A stretch of DNA of 64,000 nucleotides from Octopus sinensis (lineage: Eukaryota): contig NC_043009.1 in NCBI RefSeq assembly GCF_006345805.1, forward strand, positions 992,001 to 1,056,000, read 5' to 3'. The notes beneath the pieces were generated by a model. The model had not been told where the DNA came from. It did no database searches and saw nothing but the letters and a program-made list of their open reading frames with translations. Shown here in pieces: positions 25,186 through 36,941 of this stretch. Each line of letters opens with the position of its first letter. The stretch's first letter is position 1. The position numbers were made by a program, and so were the translations under genes.

Positions 25186-27960
25186 ACAGGAAAAGGAAAG
25201 ATCCAAGGAAGGGAAGACAGAGGAAAAAAAATCACCAATGCTACACACGTGATACATATACTTTTACTAGTTTTTGTGACTCATCATGGGATATCACAAC
25301 ATTACATTCAATGGTTTAGTCCATCATATACTTACTTTTAATACTGAAGAACTCAATACTTGTTCTTAAGTCTGCTACTTATCAATCACTATTTGTCAAA
25401 TCACTAAGTTACAGCATGCTTTTAAACATAAACACACTCATACATGAGCTGTGTGCTAGCATCATAAATAAAGGAAATTAAGTGCAAATGATAAGAATGT
25501 ATCACAGGCAGAACAAAAAAAAAATGCTAAAACAAAATGACCCCTAATCATGTTTTCTTAAGGATTCTAAGATTCAATGTGAGACAGAACCACAACCTTA
25601 GAAAAATCAACAACAATCAGATACAGTTGTGAAATATCTCATCATCATCATCATCATTTAACATCCGTTTCAATATTCTATAAATCTTGACATATATATG
25701 TATGTGTGTGTGTGTGTTGTGTGTGTGTGTGTGTGTGTGTGTGATGGTGCTGAAAATTTTCTGGCTTTGGGCAAAAGAAAATGCAGGAGGATCAGTTAAT
25801 TATGATTTTATTCAACATATTCCCCTCCTCTCAGATTCCCACACTTATTGCAGTGGTCCTTCAGTTTTTCTAAACCCTGTAAAATAACTTGGAAGGTTAG
25901 GTCTCCAACCAGGCCTTTTGTGATACCCTTAAAGCCAGGATCTTTTCAGCACCACTCATACATATAGAAAGCAAAAGAACTGCTTAAAAAGCACAGAGCT
26001 ACATCAATAAAAGATGAAAAGCACCTAGCAGCCACAGGGGAACTGATTAATCCAGATTAGATCTGGATTTATGAGTAATATCATCTGCTTCTGAGAGAGG
26101 GTCAAAGAGTATGGTAAGTATCTAGAGACAAGATAGAGAGTTACTAATTTAAAGGTTATTTCTCAGAGCAAACTATATTTTGTTATTATTATTTATGGGC
26201 GACCTTTTCTTTGGGATGTTGATTTCAAAAATCAAACTTGTTTTTTCGAGGATGTCCCATTGCTGACCTTTTTTGGGGTAAACATAAATACATAACCACA
26301 TTTATATAGCTGAAGATATATTTATAGCTTTCATCTTTTATACAACTAGTTTTCCATGTTAGTATAGACTGAACAGGTTTGTTTTTTTTTTGTCACCAGT
26401 TCTTTTAGTCACACCTTATGACACACAGGAACAGAATGTACTTATTCTAATTTTAGTCAATTTCCAAACCATGTGGTTTTGAGTTCAGTTCCACTGCACA
26501 GCAACATGAGTAAGCACCTTCTACTATAGTACAGGGATCTTTTTTAAATAAACCAATATTTGTCTTCCTTTAAAATATTAACCCACACCCCACCTCACCC
26601 ACAAATTTGTCCAAAAAATATAATCAACAATTAAAATGTTTGAAGAAAATAATTTGGAATTTTTTTAATAGTCCCTAGGGGTCATATGTAACAAACACTC
26701 TATCCCCGTGCCCCTGGAATCTACCAGGACGTCGTTTCTACTGGAAACATCCTGCAGGAATCAACTCCGCCAGTTAACCTTCTTGGCGTAGGACGGTCGT
26801 TGTTGAGGTATAAATTTTGGTAAGTGCAGGGGCACTTATCAAAATTTACTGTTGTTTAAACCCCTAAGCCAGTCCTGATCAAGCAAACTTATGTTTCAAG
26901 GTATTCTGTGTTCTAGTTACTATGATCGTTGCATCAGTTTAAATATCAAGGACTCGGGGACTCCAAAAGACGGAAGGGTGATTGGAAGATGATTTGACTA
27001 GTTGATAATTATAGCAACTTAAGCGACCAAGGAGATGTTACATCATAGGAGGGGTGTCTTAGACAAGACATATACCAGTAGTATATTAAGGACCGATTCA
27101 GTCGACTGTGTCCTTCTAGAGAAGTCCACCCTTGATCAATGTAGGAAAAAAAAATACGAAACATTCCCAGAAAGTGGTTCGTTACTTGTTTACTTTCGGT
27201 GAAAACTTGACTTAATATAACTAAAATTCAGCCTTTGGTTCCAACAGAATTAAGGAATCGCTGTTAATATCTGGAATTGTGTGGTTCTACACATGTTCAG
27301 CATTAAAAGTAGATTGTCAAAAGTGTGAAGCGAGGAAAGAAAATAGGAAATATATTTACAAAAAACCAGTCGATGTTTTTTTTTTAAATATAATAGTAAC
27401 TGGAATGATATAAGTGATTTACAAGGAGTCTTTAAAAGTATTTCGAACTATTACCGCTAATTGAATCCCTAAAGGAATTCTTAACAAGACTGGAGTAGTA
27501 ATAAAGGGACATATTTCGAGAGAATAGAGGGAAAAGTCGGTTTTTTTTCTTCTAAATTATACATGTCAAATATATGAATATATATATAACTATATATTAA
27601 TATAAACGAACATTTATATATATATATAAATAACCTGAACTATCTTTGTAAAAGAAAAGTGTTATTTATTAAGGCAATTATTAGTGGTCAATGACGGGGT
27701 TTAATAAAGGAGTAAATCTACAGGTCAGAGTAAATCTAGGCGTGAGAAGAGAGCAAGAAATTAGTTTAACTGGCAATATAAGAAAGATATTCATGCACCA
27801 CCCCGGATATAATAAGAGTATTATAAGAGAGAGTTGAGGCTTGTAATGCTTTGTTAATGTTCTCGGCTTTGAAAGGTCCATGCTGTGAGAACACAAGCAA
27901 CAGAGGTCCGACGTGGATCTTTAAGAAAGAAAAACAAAAATAAAACTCCCCTCCACTAAC

Positions 27961-28070
27961 CTTCCAACAAAGTCAGAGTTGGTATTAAAGCATTAGGTAT
28001 GAAATAACACTTTGCATCGGAGATTCTTTGCATTCCAGATTCAAAACACAAAATCTCCAACATAAATACC
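27961..28070 (-). other. Putative 5' UTR exon of NFRKB (5' boundary uncertain)
   Basis: Donor TTGGAAG|gttagt at 27961/27960 in non-repetitive sequence next to an ETS motif; the NFRKB ATG exon has an acceptor, so an upstream exon is required. Confidence 0.45.
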
Positions 28071-28077
28071 GGAAGTG
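28068..28077. promoter_or_regulatory. ETS/GABP-type motif ACCGGAAGTG in the putative NFRKB promoter
   Basis: Exact CCGGAAGT match beside the putative first exon; function is inferred. Confidence 0.35.
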
Positions 28078-29031
28078 AACTGAGCTCCATACTAGTATCT
28101 CGGAGCAAATGATAAACGAAGAAGAAAGGCATCTTTTCTCTTAAATTACGGTTATTTTTTACAATTTTCACTTCAAAATTTATATTATATCATAAAAATG
28201 ACATTAGGTTGCAATTTTGCGAATAGTAAAATATTTTTATTATTATAAAGATATTCATTTGGTGTACCGGGTTTTCAAATTGGTGATACCAAAATTTTGA
28301 TTGGACATAATAACTGTTTTCGTTTCGAAAAACTCCTTGCTACAAAAATCCCTTTTAAGACGAAAAACACTATAATTTGTTGCGACAAAGAAGTGAAAGG
28401 TTCAGAAGAACAGTAGAAATTATTATATAACGAACAAAATTATTTGTTATATTTAGTTACGTCCCTTTATGGGCTAAACACAGATCCAGCAAGGGTTAAT
28501 TTTAACTTCTTCCGGCTGTAAAATTCAAGATTTTGTATACTGTCTACTCTTCTCAAAAAGGCATGGGAAACTTCTAGTTAATTTATAAAAAGCCGGATCA
28601 ATTTAAAGCAGCAAGAAAGATAAACTTAATGACCTATTCAACTAATTGATTTGTACTTTAGTTGTTCTCACAGGGTTAGCAGTGTGTATTCCCTCCCAAA
28701 TACTAATCTGTGTCCAGCTTTATTATTTTTTTTTTTACCGTTTACTTGTTTCAGTCATTAGACTGCGGCCATGCTGGGGCACCGCCTTGAAGAATTTTTA
28801 TTCGACTGAATCGACCCCAGTACTTTTTTTTTTTATAAGCCTGATACTTATTCTGTCGATCTCATATGGCGAACTGCTAGGTAACCGAAACGTAAACACA
28901 AACGGTGATGGCGGACAAAGACACCCACACACATATACATTTGAAATTTATAGAAAAACAAAAGGCGAAGACAGGTGTATGAACAACAAGCAAATGTATA
29001 AGTTTGACACTCAGGAAAAATAAAGAAAAGT

Positions 29032-29067
29032 CTTTTACGTTTCAAGCCTGTGCTCTTCAACAGAAAG
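29032..29067 (-). ncRNA. Minimal hammerhead-like motif, A6U variant
   Basis: CTTT-CTGTTGA-A-GAGC-ACAG-GCTT-GAAA-CG-T-A-AAAG. Confidence 0.6.
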
Positions 29068-29523
29068 GAATAAGAGAAAATAAAGGGAACGGAGAGAGAA
29101 TGAAAAAACTTGTATATATATATATATATATATACAAGTTTTTCCATTCTCTCTCCGTTATATATATACATATCCAAATTGAGGGAGCCGAACAGGTAAA
29201 GTTCAGACATATGTTTCCTAGTTCGAAGCTTACAAACTTCCTACACTTAGATCCTTGGATCTTATAATTACATATCCCATCCAAGGGACATAACTCCTGG
29301 CCCCTTTTTCGTTTCAGCACCTTTATTCACAGCAGTTACTGACTGATTGTGCTAATCCACCTTCAACAATAGAGAGCAGTCGCTATACTCCTTTCCATAT
29401 CTGCTAACCCTGATGAGTGTAAAGTTATATAATCGGATTGTTACCTAACACTCCATTGTATTCTTTACACAAAGCCGATTGGAAATATCAGCCATGATAG
29501 ATATTTAATACTATAATTTTCGG

Positions 29524-29569
<46 letters not shown>

Positions 29570-29724
29570 CATATATATACATATATATATATATATGTAT
29601 AACGGGAAGCTTTATGAAAATAAACAAAAGACGAAGGCAGGTGGAAAACAAACGAACAATTGTATTAGTATGTATTAGTATGTATTAGTATGTAATTGTA
29701 TTAGTATGTATATATATATATGTA

Positions 29725-29794
<70 letters not shown>

Positions 29795-29795
29795 G

Positions 29796-29841
<46 letters not shown>

Positions 29842-29909
29842 CCGAAAATTATAGTATTAAATATTTATCATGGCTGATATTTCCAATCGGCTTCGTGTAA
29901 AGAATATAT

Positions 29910-30005
<96 letters not shown>

Positions 30006-30008
30006 CGC

Positions 30009-30400
30009 AAGAGTGGCTGTGTGGTAAGTAGCTTGTTTACCAACCACATGGTTCCAGGTTCAGTCCCACTGCGTGGCACCTTGGGCAAGTGTCTTCTACT
30101 ATAGCCTCGGGCCGACCAAAGCCTTGTGAGTGGATTTGGTAGACGGAAACTGAAAGAAGACCGTCGTATATATGTATATATATATGCGTGTGTGTGTCTG
30201 TATTTGTCACCCTAGCATTGCTTGACAACCGATGCTGGTGTGTTTATGTCCCCGTTACTTAGTGGTTCGGCAAAAGAGACCGCTAAAATAAGTACTGGGC
30301 TTACAAAAAGAATAAGTCCCGGGGTCGAGTTGCTCGATTAAAGGCGGTGCTCCAGCATGGCCGCAGTCAAGTGACTGAAACAAATAATAATAAAAGAGTA
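30009..30400 (+). mobile_element. CORE-type tRNA-derived SINE; other + copies near 31550-31932, 42440-42800, 44664-45062, 46636-46985, 47565-47920, 48487-48900, 51725-52100 and 57865-58230
   Basis: Head GAGTGGCTGTGTGGTAAG...GGGTTCAGTCCC, CORE-like ACCTTGGGCAAGTGTCTT, internal (TA)n/(TG)n, tail ...ATGACTGAAACAAGTAAAAG. Confidence 0.88.
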
Positions 30401-30476
30401 AGAGTATATATATATATATACATATGTATATATATATATAATTGCATAATAGTGGATTTTATCTAATTTATATATT

Positions 30477-30852
30477 ACTAGCAGTATCGCCTGGCATTGC
30501 TCGGGTTTGTTTCGACTTTTTAGAATTGGAATTTTTGAAAAGTAAAAATTTTGTTATTCTCTTTAAGTGAACATTTTTCTGGTTGAAATACACCGAAAAA
30601 TGGCAACACAACAGTCAAAAATTCATAAAAAATAGGGATTTTCATAGGAAAAAAGCATCTTTTTGATGTAAATAATTTTTGGTGTTAACATGGTTCGATT
30701 TGAATTTTATCTTCTATGGAATGAAGAGCAAGCCTTCTCCTATCATACTCTCAATTTTGGTCAACTTGCACCACAGGGTGTCGGAGGAGATAGTGTTAGT
30801 TGAAGGCTACCAAACCTGCCATACACAGACAACTTCAGCTTTATATATATAT
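30477..30852 (+). mobile_element. Helentron/DINE-1-like non-autonomous element
   Basis: 5' ACTAGCAGTATCGCCTGGCATTGCTCGGG subterminal palindrome and 3' CTTTATATATAT end. Confidence 0.55.
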
Positions 30853-32383
30853 GTTAATCAATTTGTGTTGCAAGATCCCTGATGTGAGATCATGTGTTGA
30901 GACCGATTGTTGTATTTCGGGACAGTCATTTATTATTGTTACTTTTTTTTTTTTTTTGCACTATAAAGTTTTTCTTCACTCGCTTATTACTGTTCTTATT
31001 TTATTATTTTAACTCATGTCCATTGTCCAGAAATCTTTCATCGCAAGTCTGTGACCTCTTCAGTGACACTTTTCTTTTTCATGTGTGTTCTTGCTCTAAC
31101 AACAGCAACAACTACCATTATGGCAACACCGTGAGCTAACACACATACACAGAGGAATACAGGAACTGTACCATAATATCGGGTCTTAGGACAGCAGCAG
31201 CACAATGGGGTGAGAAGATGGAGTTGAGGGGAAAGCCTCACTGCTGCTAAAAACTATGACACTCACGTAAGCATACACACACAAACAAACAAGGACACAA
31301 ACGCATGCACGCATAAAGATACACATCTCAGAAGAACAGAATGAAGTAAGGGGAGCAAGAACACATGAAAACAAGAAGTGTTACTGAAGAGGTCACAAAT
31401 GTGTGATGAAAGATTTCCAGACAATGAACGTGAGTTAAAATAACAAAATAGGAACAGCAATAAATGAGTGAAGAAAAGATGTCTAGTGCGCATGTATATT
31501 TGGCAAAAAAAGAAAATGACCATCCCAAAAAACAGCAATTGTATATATATAGGAATGGCTGTGTGGTAAGTATCTTGTTTACCAACCACATGGTTCTGGG
31601 TTCAGTCCCACTGCGTGGCACCTTGGGCAAGTGTCTTCTGCTATAGCCTCGGGCCGACCAAAGCCTTGTGAGTGAATTTGGTAGACGGAAACTGAAAGAA
31701 GCCCGTCGTGTATATATATATATATGTGTTTGTGTGTCTGTGCTTGCCCCTCCCCCACATCGCTTGACAACCGATGCTGGTTTGTTTACACCCCAGTCAC
31801 TTAGCTGTTCGGCAAAATATACCGATAGAATAAGTACTAGGCTTACAAAGAATAAGTCCTGGGGTTGATTTGCTCGACTAAAGGCAGTGCTCCAGAATGG
31901 CCACAGTCAAATGACTGAAACAAGTAAAAGAATACACATATATATGATGGGCTTCCTTCAGTTTCCATCTACCAAATCCACTAACAATGCTATGGTTGGC
32001 CCAAGGCTATAGTAGAAGACACTTGCCCAAGACGCCTTGCAGTGGGACTGAACCCGGAATCATGTGGTTCGTTAGCAAGCTACCACACAGCCACTACTAC
32101 GCCTATCATCATCATCATCATCATCATCATTTAGCGTCCGTTTTCCATGCTAGCATGGGTTGGACGGTTCAACTGGGGTCTGGGGAGCCCGAAGGCTGCA
32201 CCAGGCCAGTCAGATCTGGCAGTGTTTCTACAGCTGGATGCCCTTCCTAACGCCAACCACTCCGAGAGTGTAGTGGGTGATTTTATGTGCCACCGACACA
32301 GGTGCCAGACGAGGCTGGCGAACGGCCACGCTCGGATGGTGTTTTTATGTGCCACCGACACAGGTGCCAGACATATATATATA

Positions 32384-32461
<78 letters not shown>

Positions 32462-33239
32462 TTCAGATGAATATGGTACTTAAGTTAAAGGCACCAGAAA
32501 TTGGCATGGTATTATCCATATAAATCAAATGGGTTAATTACAATCAAAATCAGCAACAAGGATATCCAAGGTAGTGCAGTACAATCGTTTCATGCTACTT
32601 CATTTTATTAAAGAATGTAAATATTACATCAGTTTTAAAATGTAGAGCAATCTTCAGCCACATATAGAATTTTTTTAATTAAATAGACAATGTACATTTT
32701 TATACTTATTCCATTTGCCAACATTACAAAGAGGGTAGATATATAGACAGAGGGGTTAATTTCATCATTAAGAACATGGTAGTAGAAGGTCCTTCCCCAT
32801 GGGCAGATTTTTTTAACACTGATTTCACTTTGTTATTTAGATTTATCAATGGGGAGGATTTTTTTATTTGGTTCAATGGAGACAAACAAGAATTTTTTTC
32901 TATTTATATTTCTTGTTTGTCTCCATTGAACCAATTGTTAGCTTTATAGAAGACTAACAGTATAACCCGGCTTTGCCCAAGATTAAGTTAGGATTATTAA
33001 GCTAATCAAGTCCTTTATTTCAAACCAAACTAAGTAACATCAACGTCAAATTTGGGTGAAATCCGATGAAATTGGTTTTTATAGGTGGGAATGATGGTGA
33101 AGATGGATTAATAAATAGTAACCCTAATTTGCATATCAACATGATCACTAATAATGAAAATAATACTAATACTAATAATAATTTAAATAACAGTAATGTG
33201 AGTGAACTATCCTTAAATAATTGAATACTATCCCCCAGT

Positions 33240-33641
33240 TGTAATTGTAGGATTAGATCAAAATGTCCGGTATCTGGTCTCCAAAACGTAATTTATAAAT
33301 GCACGTTAATAACTTCTAACAATAGCTTTCTTTATTTTGGATGTTCGGTGGATTTTAAAAGACATCTTAACAATCATTTTTCCTCTTTTAGACTAAAACA
33401 TAAGGCAGGTTGCACAACACTATCTAGCAAAATTTGGGAACTAAAAACAAATAATATAGGATTCAACCTAAAATGGGATATAGTTAGAAGGGCGAAACCT
33501 TATAGAAATAGTAGGGAAGGTTGCCAACTTTGTTCTATGGAAACTTATGAAATTTTAAAACATCAGAGTAATATAAATCTGTTGAATAATCGTCTGGAGT
33601 TGGGAATTATCTTGCATACATTCCACAACCCGAACGTTTAA
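33240..33641 (+). mobile_element. Second, divergent Penelope-type GIY-YIG module
   Basis: CNCRIRSKCP...VIYKC...LYFGCSVDFKRH...TTLSSKIWELK...KWDIVRRAKPY...CQLCSME. Confidence 0.85.
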
Positions 33642-34203
33642 ATACTTTAAATAAAAATTGTGAGTATTCCTATATTTTTCAAATTTTAACTTTTTATTAT
33701 AATAATAATAAGAAATATACTATACTAGCCTTCAATTTAACTTTCATAGATGACTAGAAAAACTTCACTGTAAACTTGAAATTGGAATTTTTTCTAAATC
33801 TAAAAATTAATAAAGCTGTCCCCCAGTTATAAAATACTATGCTTACTCATAATAATAAGTGATAGTTTTTTCCCTACTCTCTGTAAAGGGGATTAATGAC
33901 CATTTGACATTAACCTAGTTTCTTCTCACCAAATAGCAGTAATTGGCATTTTGTTAGTGGCAACTTGAATTCCTTTTATGGTATTCTAAAACCTCCTTTA
34001 CCCCATTCCTACAACTAAAAAAATTCTTTATTACTTCTAATCTTATAGCAGTTAGATACAACCATAGCTTGGTCAGTTAGTGGCTGGACTTCACAACCTC
34101 ATATGTTCTTAAAATTTAAATCTACATCTTTGTCTGTATATCTACCTTCTCTATAATGTTACTACTTGATTTGAAAGCTTTTTTATTATTGGAAAACCTA
34201 CAT

Positions 34204-34294
34204 AATTGGCTGATTAGCACTCAGCATCTTAAATCTGCTGTAATACTTACAACTTTTAATAAAATGTTGTAGTGCGAAACAATTGTACCAAATT
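34204..34294 (+). ncRNA. Type I hammerhead ribozyme motif, homolog of 14822
   Basis: TTGG-CTGATTA-GCACT...AGTGC-GAAA-CAATTG-T-A-CCAA; G8 is mutated to U. Confidence 0.7.
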
Positions 34295-34443
34295 ACTGGA
34301 GTCATTCTTGTTGCTTATTTTTTATTATAATCACCCCGCAAATTTTTATGGATAACACCATACAAAATTCTGGTGCATCTAAATTAAGTACTATATTCAT
34401 TTGAATCTAAATTGTTGCTGAACTTATATATATATATATGGGC

Positions 34444-34476
<33 letters not shown>

Positions 34477-36392
34477 ACGTACACCTATTGCATACATGTT
34501 TTTTGTATGCATTCATGTCTGTGTGTGTTGCCCGTATATCAACAAAACACATTTTTCCTCAATGGAAAAAAAAACAACAAAGGTTTTAACAAAAACCTAC
34601 TCGTCGCTAGAAAGGGACTTAATTCCTGTTTGCAAACAATGGTGATTTCTCCGACTTGAAAATTGTTAAAAGTTTTGGTTGAAAATTTATTTTTACTGCT
34701 ATTCACTGGTGTGTCTGGGAAAAATAAGTTGACGAAAATACAGCTAGGATCATGACGAATGTCCTCCTAAAATTGGAGCGACATGCGTGCTAATTTGTGG
34801 ACATGCACAAATTACATTCACGTACACACATACACACACACATCCTGTCTTTTATATATACAGATATAATAGACCAAACTTATACATCTCAATAGATGTA
34901 TACATATGCATCAATATATAAATATAGATATGACTGGCGTATGGGATTACCTGGGGTTTCATGTCCATAAGGTGTTTGGCTTTACAGCTTTCCTTCAGAC
35001 CCTAAACCCATTGACCTATCAATAGATTTCAAATTTTGGCACAATACCTGCAATTACAGAAGAGGGGATAAGTCGATTACATCAATCCATCTACTCAATT
35101 GGTATCTATTTTATCGATCCAGAAAGGATGAAAGTAAAAATCGACCAAGACAGACAAAACGCTGCTGAGCCCTTTGCCCGACATGCTAACGACTCTGTCT
35201 GCTTGCTGCCTTCACATATCTCATTATTAAACAGGATATATGACAAGTGAGACATCAAACCCAAGGAAAGTTGGAAGATGAAGAAAATGAGTTAAAATCC
35301 TTGCGTGGGTTCAGAAAGACAATGGAGAATCCAGTTCAATGTAAGATTGAGCTACCATTAACCATTTATGTATGATGTTCTTGATGTTTAGATATTGGTG
35401 AAACTCAATTGAATTTTACATCTTTTATTTGTTTCAGTCCCTGCTGGGGCACTGACTGGAAGGATTTAGTCGAACAAATCGACACCCACCCCCACCAGTA
35501 TTTATTTTATCGGTGTCCATTTGTTGACCCGCTATGTTTCGGGGATGTAAACAAACCAGCACAGAGTATCAAGTGGCAGACACACACATATTTGATGGGC
35601 TTCTTTCAGTTTCTATCTACCAAATCTGCTCCCAAGGCTTTGGTTTGCCTGGGGCTGTAATGGCAGATGCCTGTTCAAGGTGCCACTCAGTGGGACACGG
35701 AACCACTGTGGTTGGGAAGCAAGCTTCTTACCACATAAGCATGCCCAAAGATCAATGATGTTCCAGCCATTACTATCGCTTATTTTTTGTCTCCGAAAAA
35801 GTGCATCTAGGGTTATATTTGAATTGTTTAACCACATTCCGTCCGTGATGTATCCCGCAGCTTTTGATACTGAGAGAAAGAGACTTCAGACATTTACCAA
35901 ATGCTATTAGAACTTTAAACTCTGCAAAAGACGAGCGCAACCCTTTCCCACTATTCTCTGGAAATGTTATTCCTTCTCTTTAACTACTCTAGTCTTGGCG
36001 ATCTAGTAAGCCTGTGGTTGTTGTGATTAAATTTTTGACAATACAACAAAATAACCAGATGTATGATTCTATTGTAGCATATGAGATTTTACACAAACTC
36101 CATTAACTGAATATTGCACGCAGTGTTTACACCAACTCTTGGTGCTCTTTTGTAAGGTATGGCCCAGAGGTTAATTAGACAGAGGACATTCTTGTAAGGT
36201 CCCGCATAGTAGTTATGTTGAGATAGGATGATCTTGCAAGGTGCGGTGCGGTGATAATAAACTAAAGCAGTGTTTCCCTTGGTGGAGAAGAACCATGAGG
36301 ATTGAAAAAGTATGGGCAAATTTCTGTGTTTTATAAAACTACGATGGTTTTATAATTTTTAAACTTGTCCAAGTTATAGTGAAGAAAGAATG

Positions 36393-36941
36393 GTGCCACT
36401 TTGGTGTGTGATCTACAAGGGAGATTACTTAGCATTGTAAATGTATTTTTTCCAAATTCTTACTATTTTAATAAGAAAACCATGTTTCATTTATGTCTTC
36501 ATAAATAGTAACAAAAACCCAAGAATCATCATCATCATCGTTTAACGTCCGTTCTCCATGCTAGCATGGGTTGGACGGTTCGACCGGGGATCTGGGAAGC
36601 CAGAAGGCTGTACCAGGCTCCAGTCTTATCTGGCAATGTTTCTACAGCTGGATGCCCTTCCTAACGCCAACCACTCCGTGAGTGTAGTGGGTGCTTTTTA
36701 CGTGCCACCCGCACAGATTGGTGCAATTTACGTGCCACCGGCACGGAAGCCATTCGAGGCGGCGCTGGCATCGGCCACGAGTCGGATAAACAATATAATA
36801 ATTAAAATAAGCAGTAGATCACTCAGCAAAGTAAATTTGTTCACATAGATTACATGGCAAAGTAACATTAACACAAAGTAAGCTAAAAAGTAACCCAAAG
36901 TAATCTCACTTTAAATTGTAGATCACACACCAAAGTGGCAC
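36393..36941. mobile_element. MITE-like element with perfect 26-bp inverted repeats, interrupted by an RTE tail
   Basis: GTGCCACTTTGGTGTGTGATCTACAA at 36393-36418 and its reverse complement at 36916-36941. Confidence 0.7.

Larger units (their letters stand above)
32953..34865 (+). mobile_element. Helentron/DINE-1-like element interrupted by a Penelope-like insertion
   Basis: 5' ACTAACAGTATAACCCGGCTTTGCCC and 3' (CA)n-CATCCTGTCTTTTATATATACAGAT ends bracket the GIY-YIG/hammerhead segment. Confidence 0.45.

Noticed and set aside
27075-27130. Candidate small - strand exon in the NFRKB leader
   Set aside because: Weak donor (gtatat) and no supporting evidence.
27919-27960. GT...AG segment with a good pyrimidine tract directly after the putative NFRKB UTR exon
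   Set aside because: Only 42 nt, and the joined frames give no recognisable protein; probably not a real intron.
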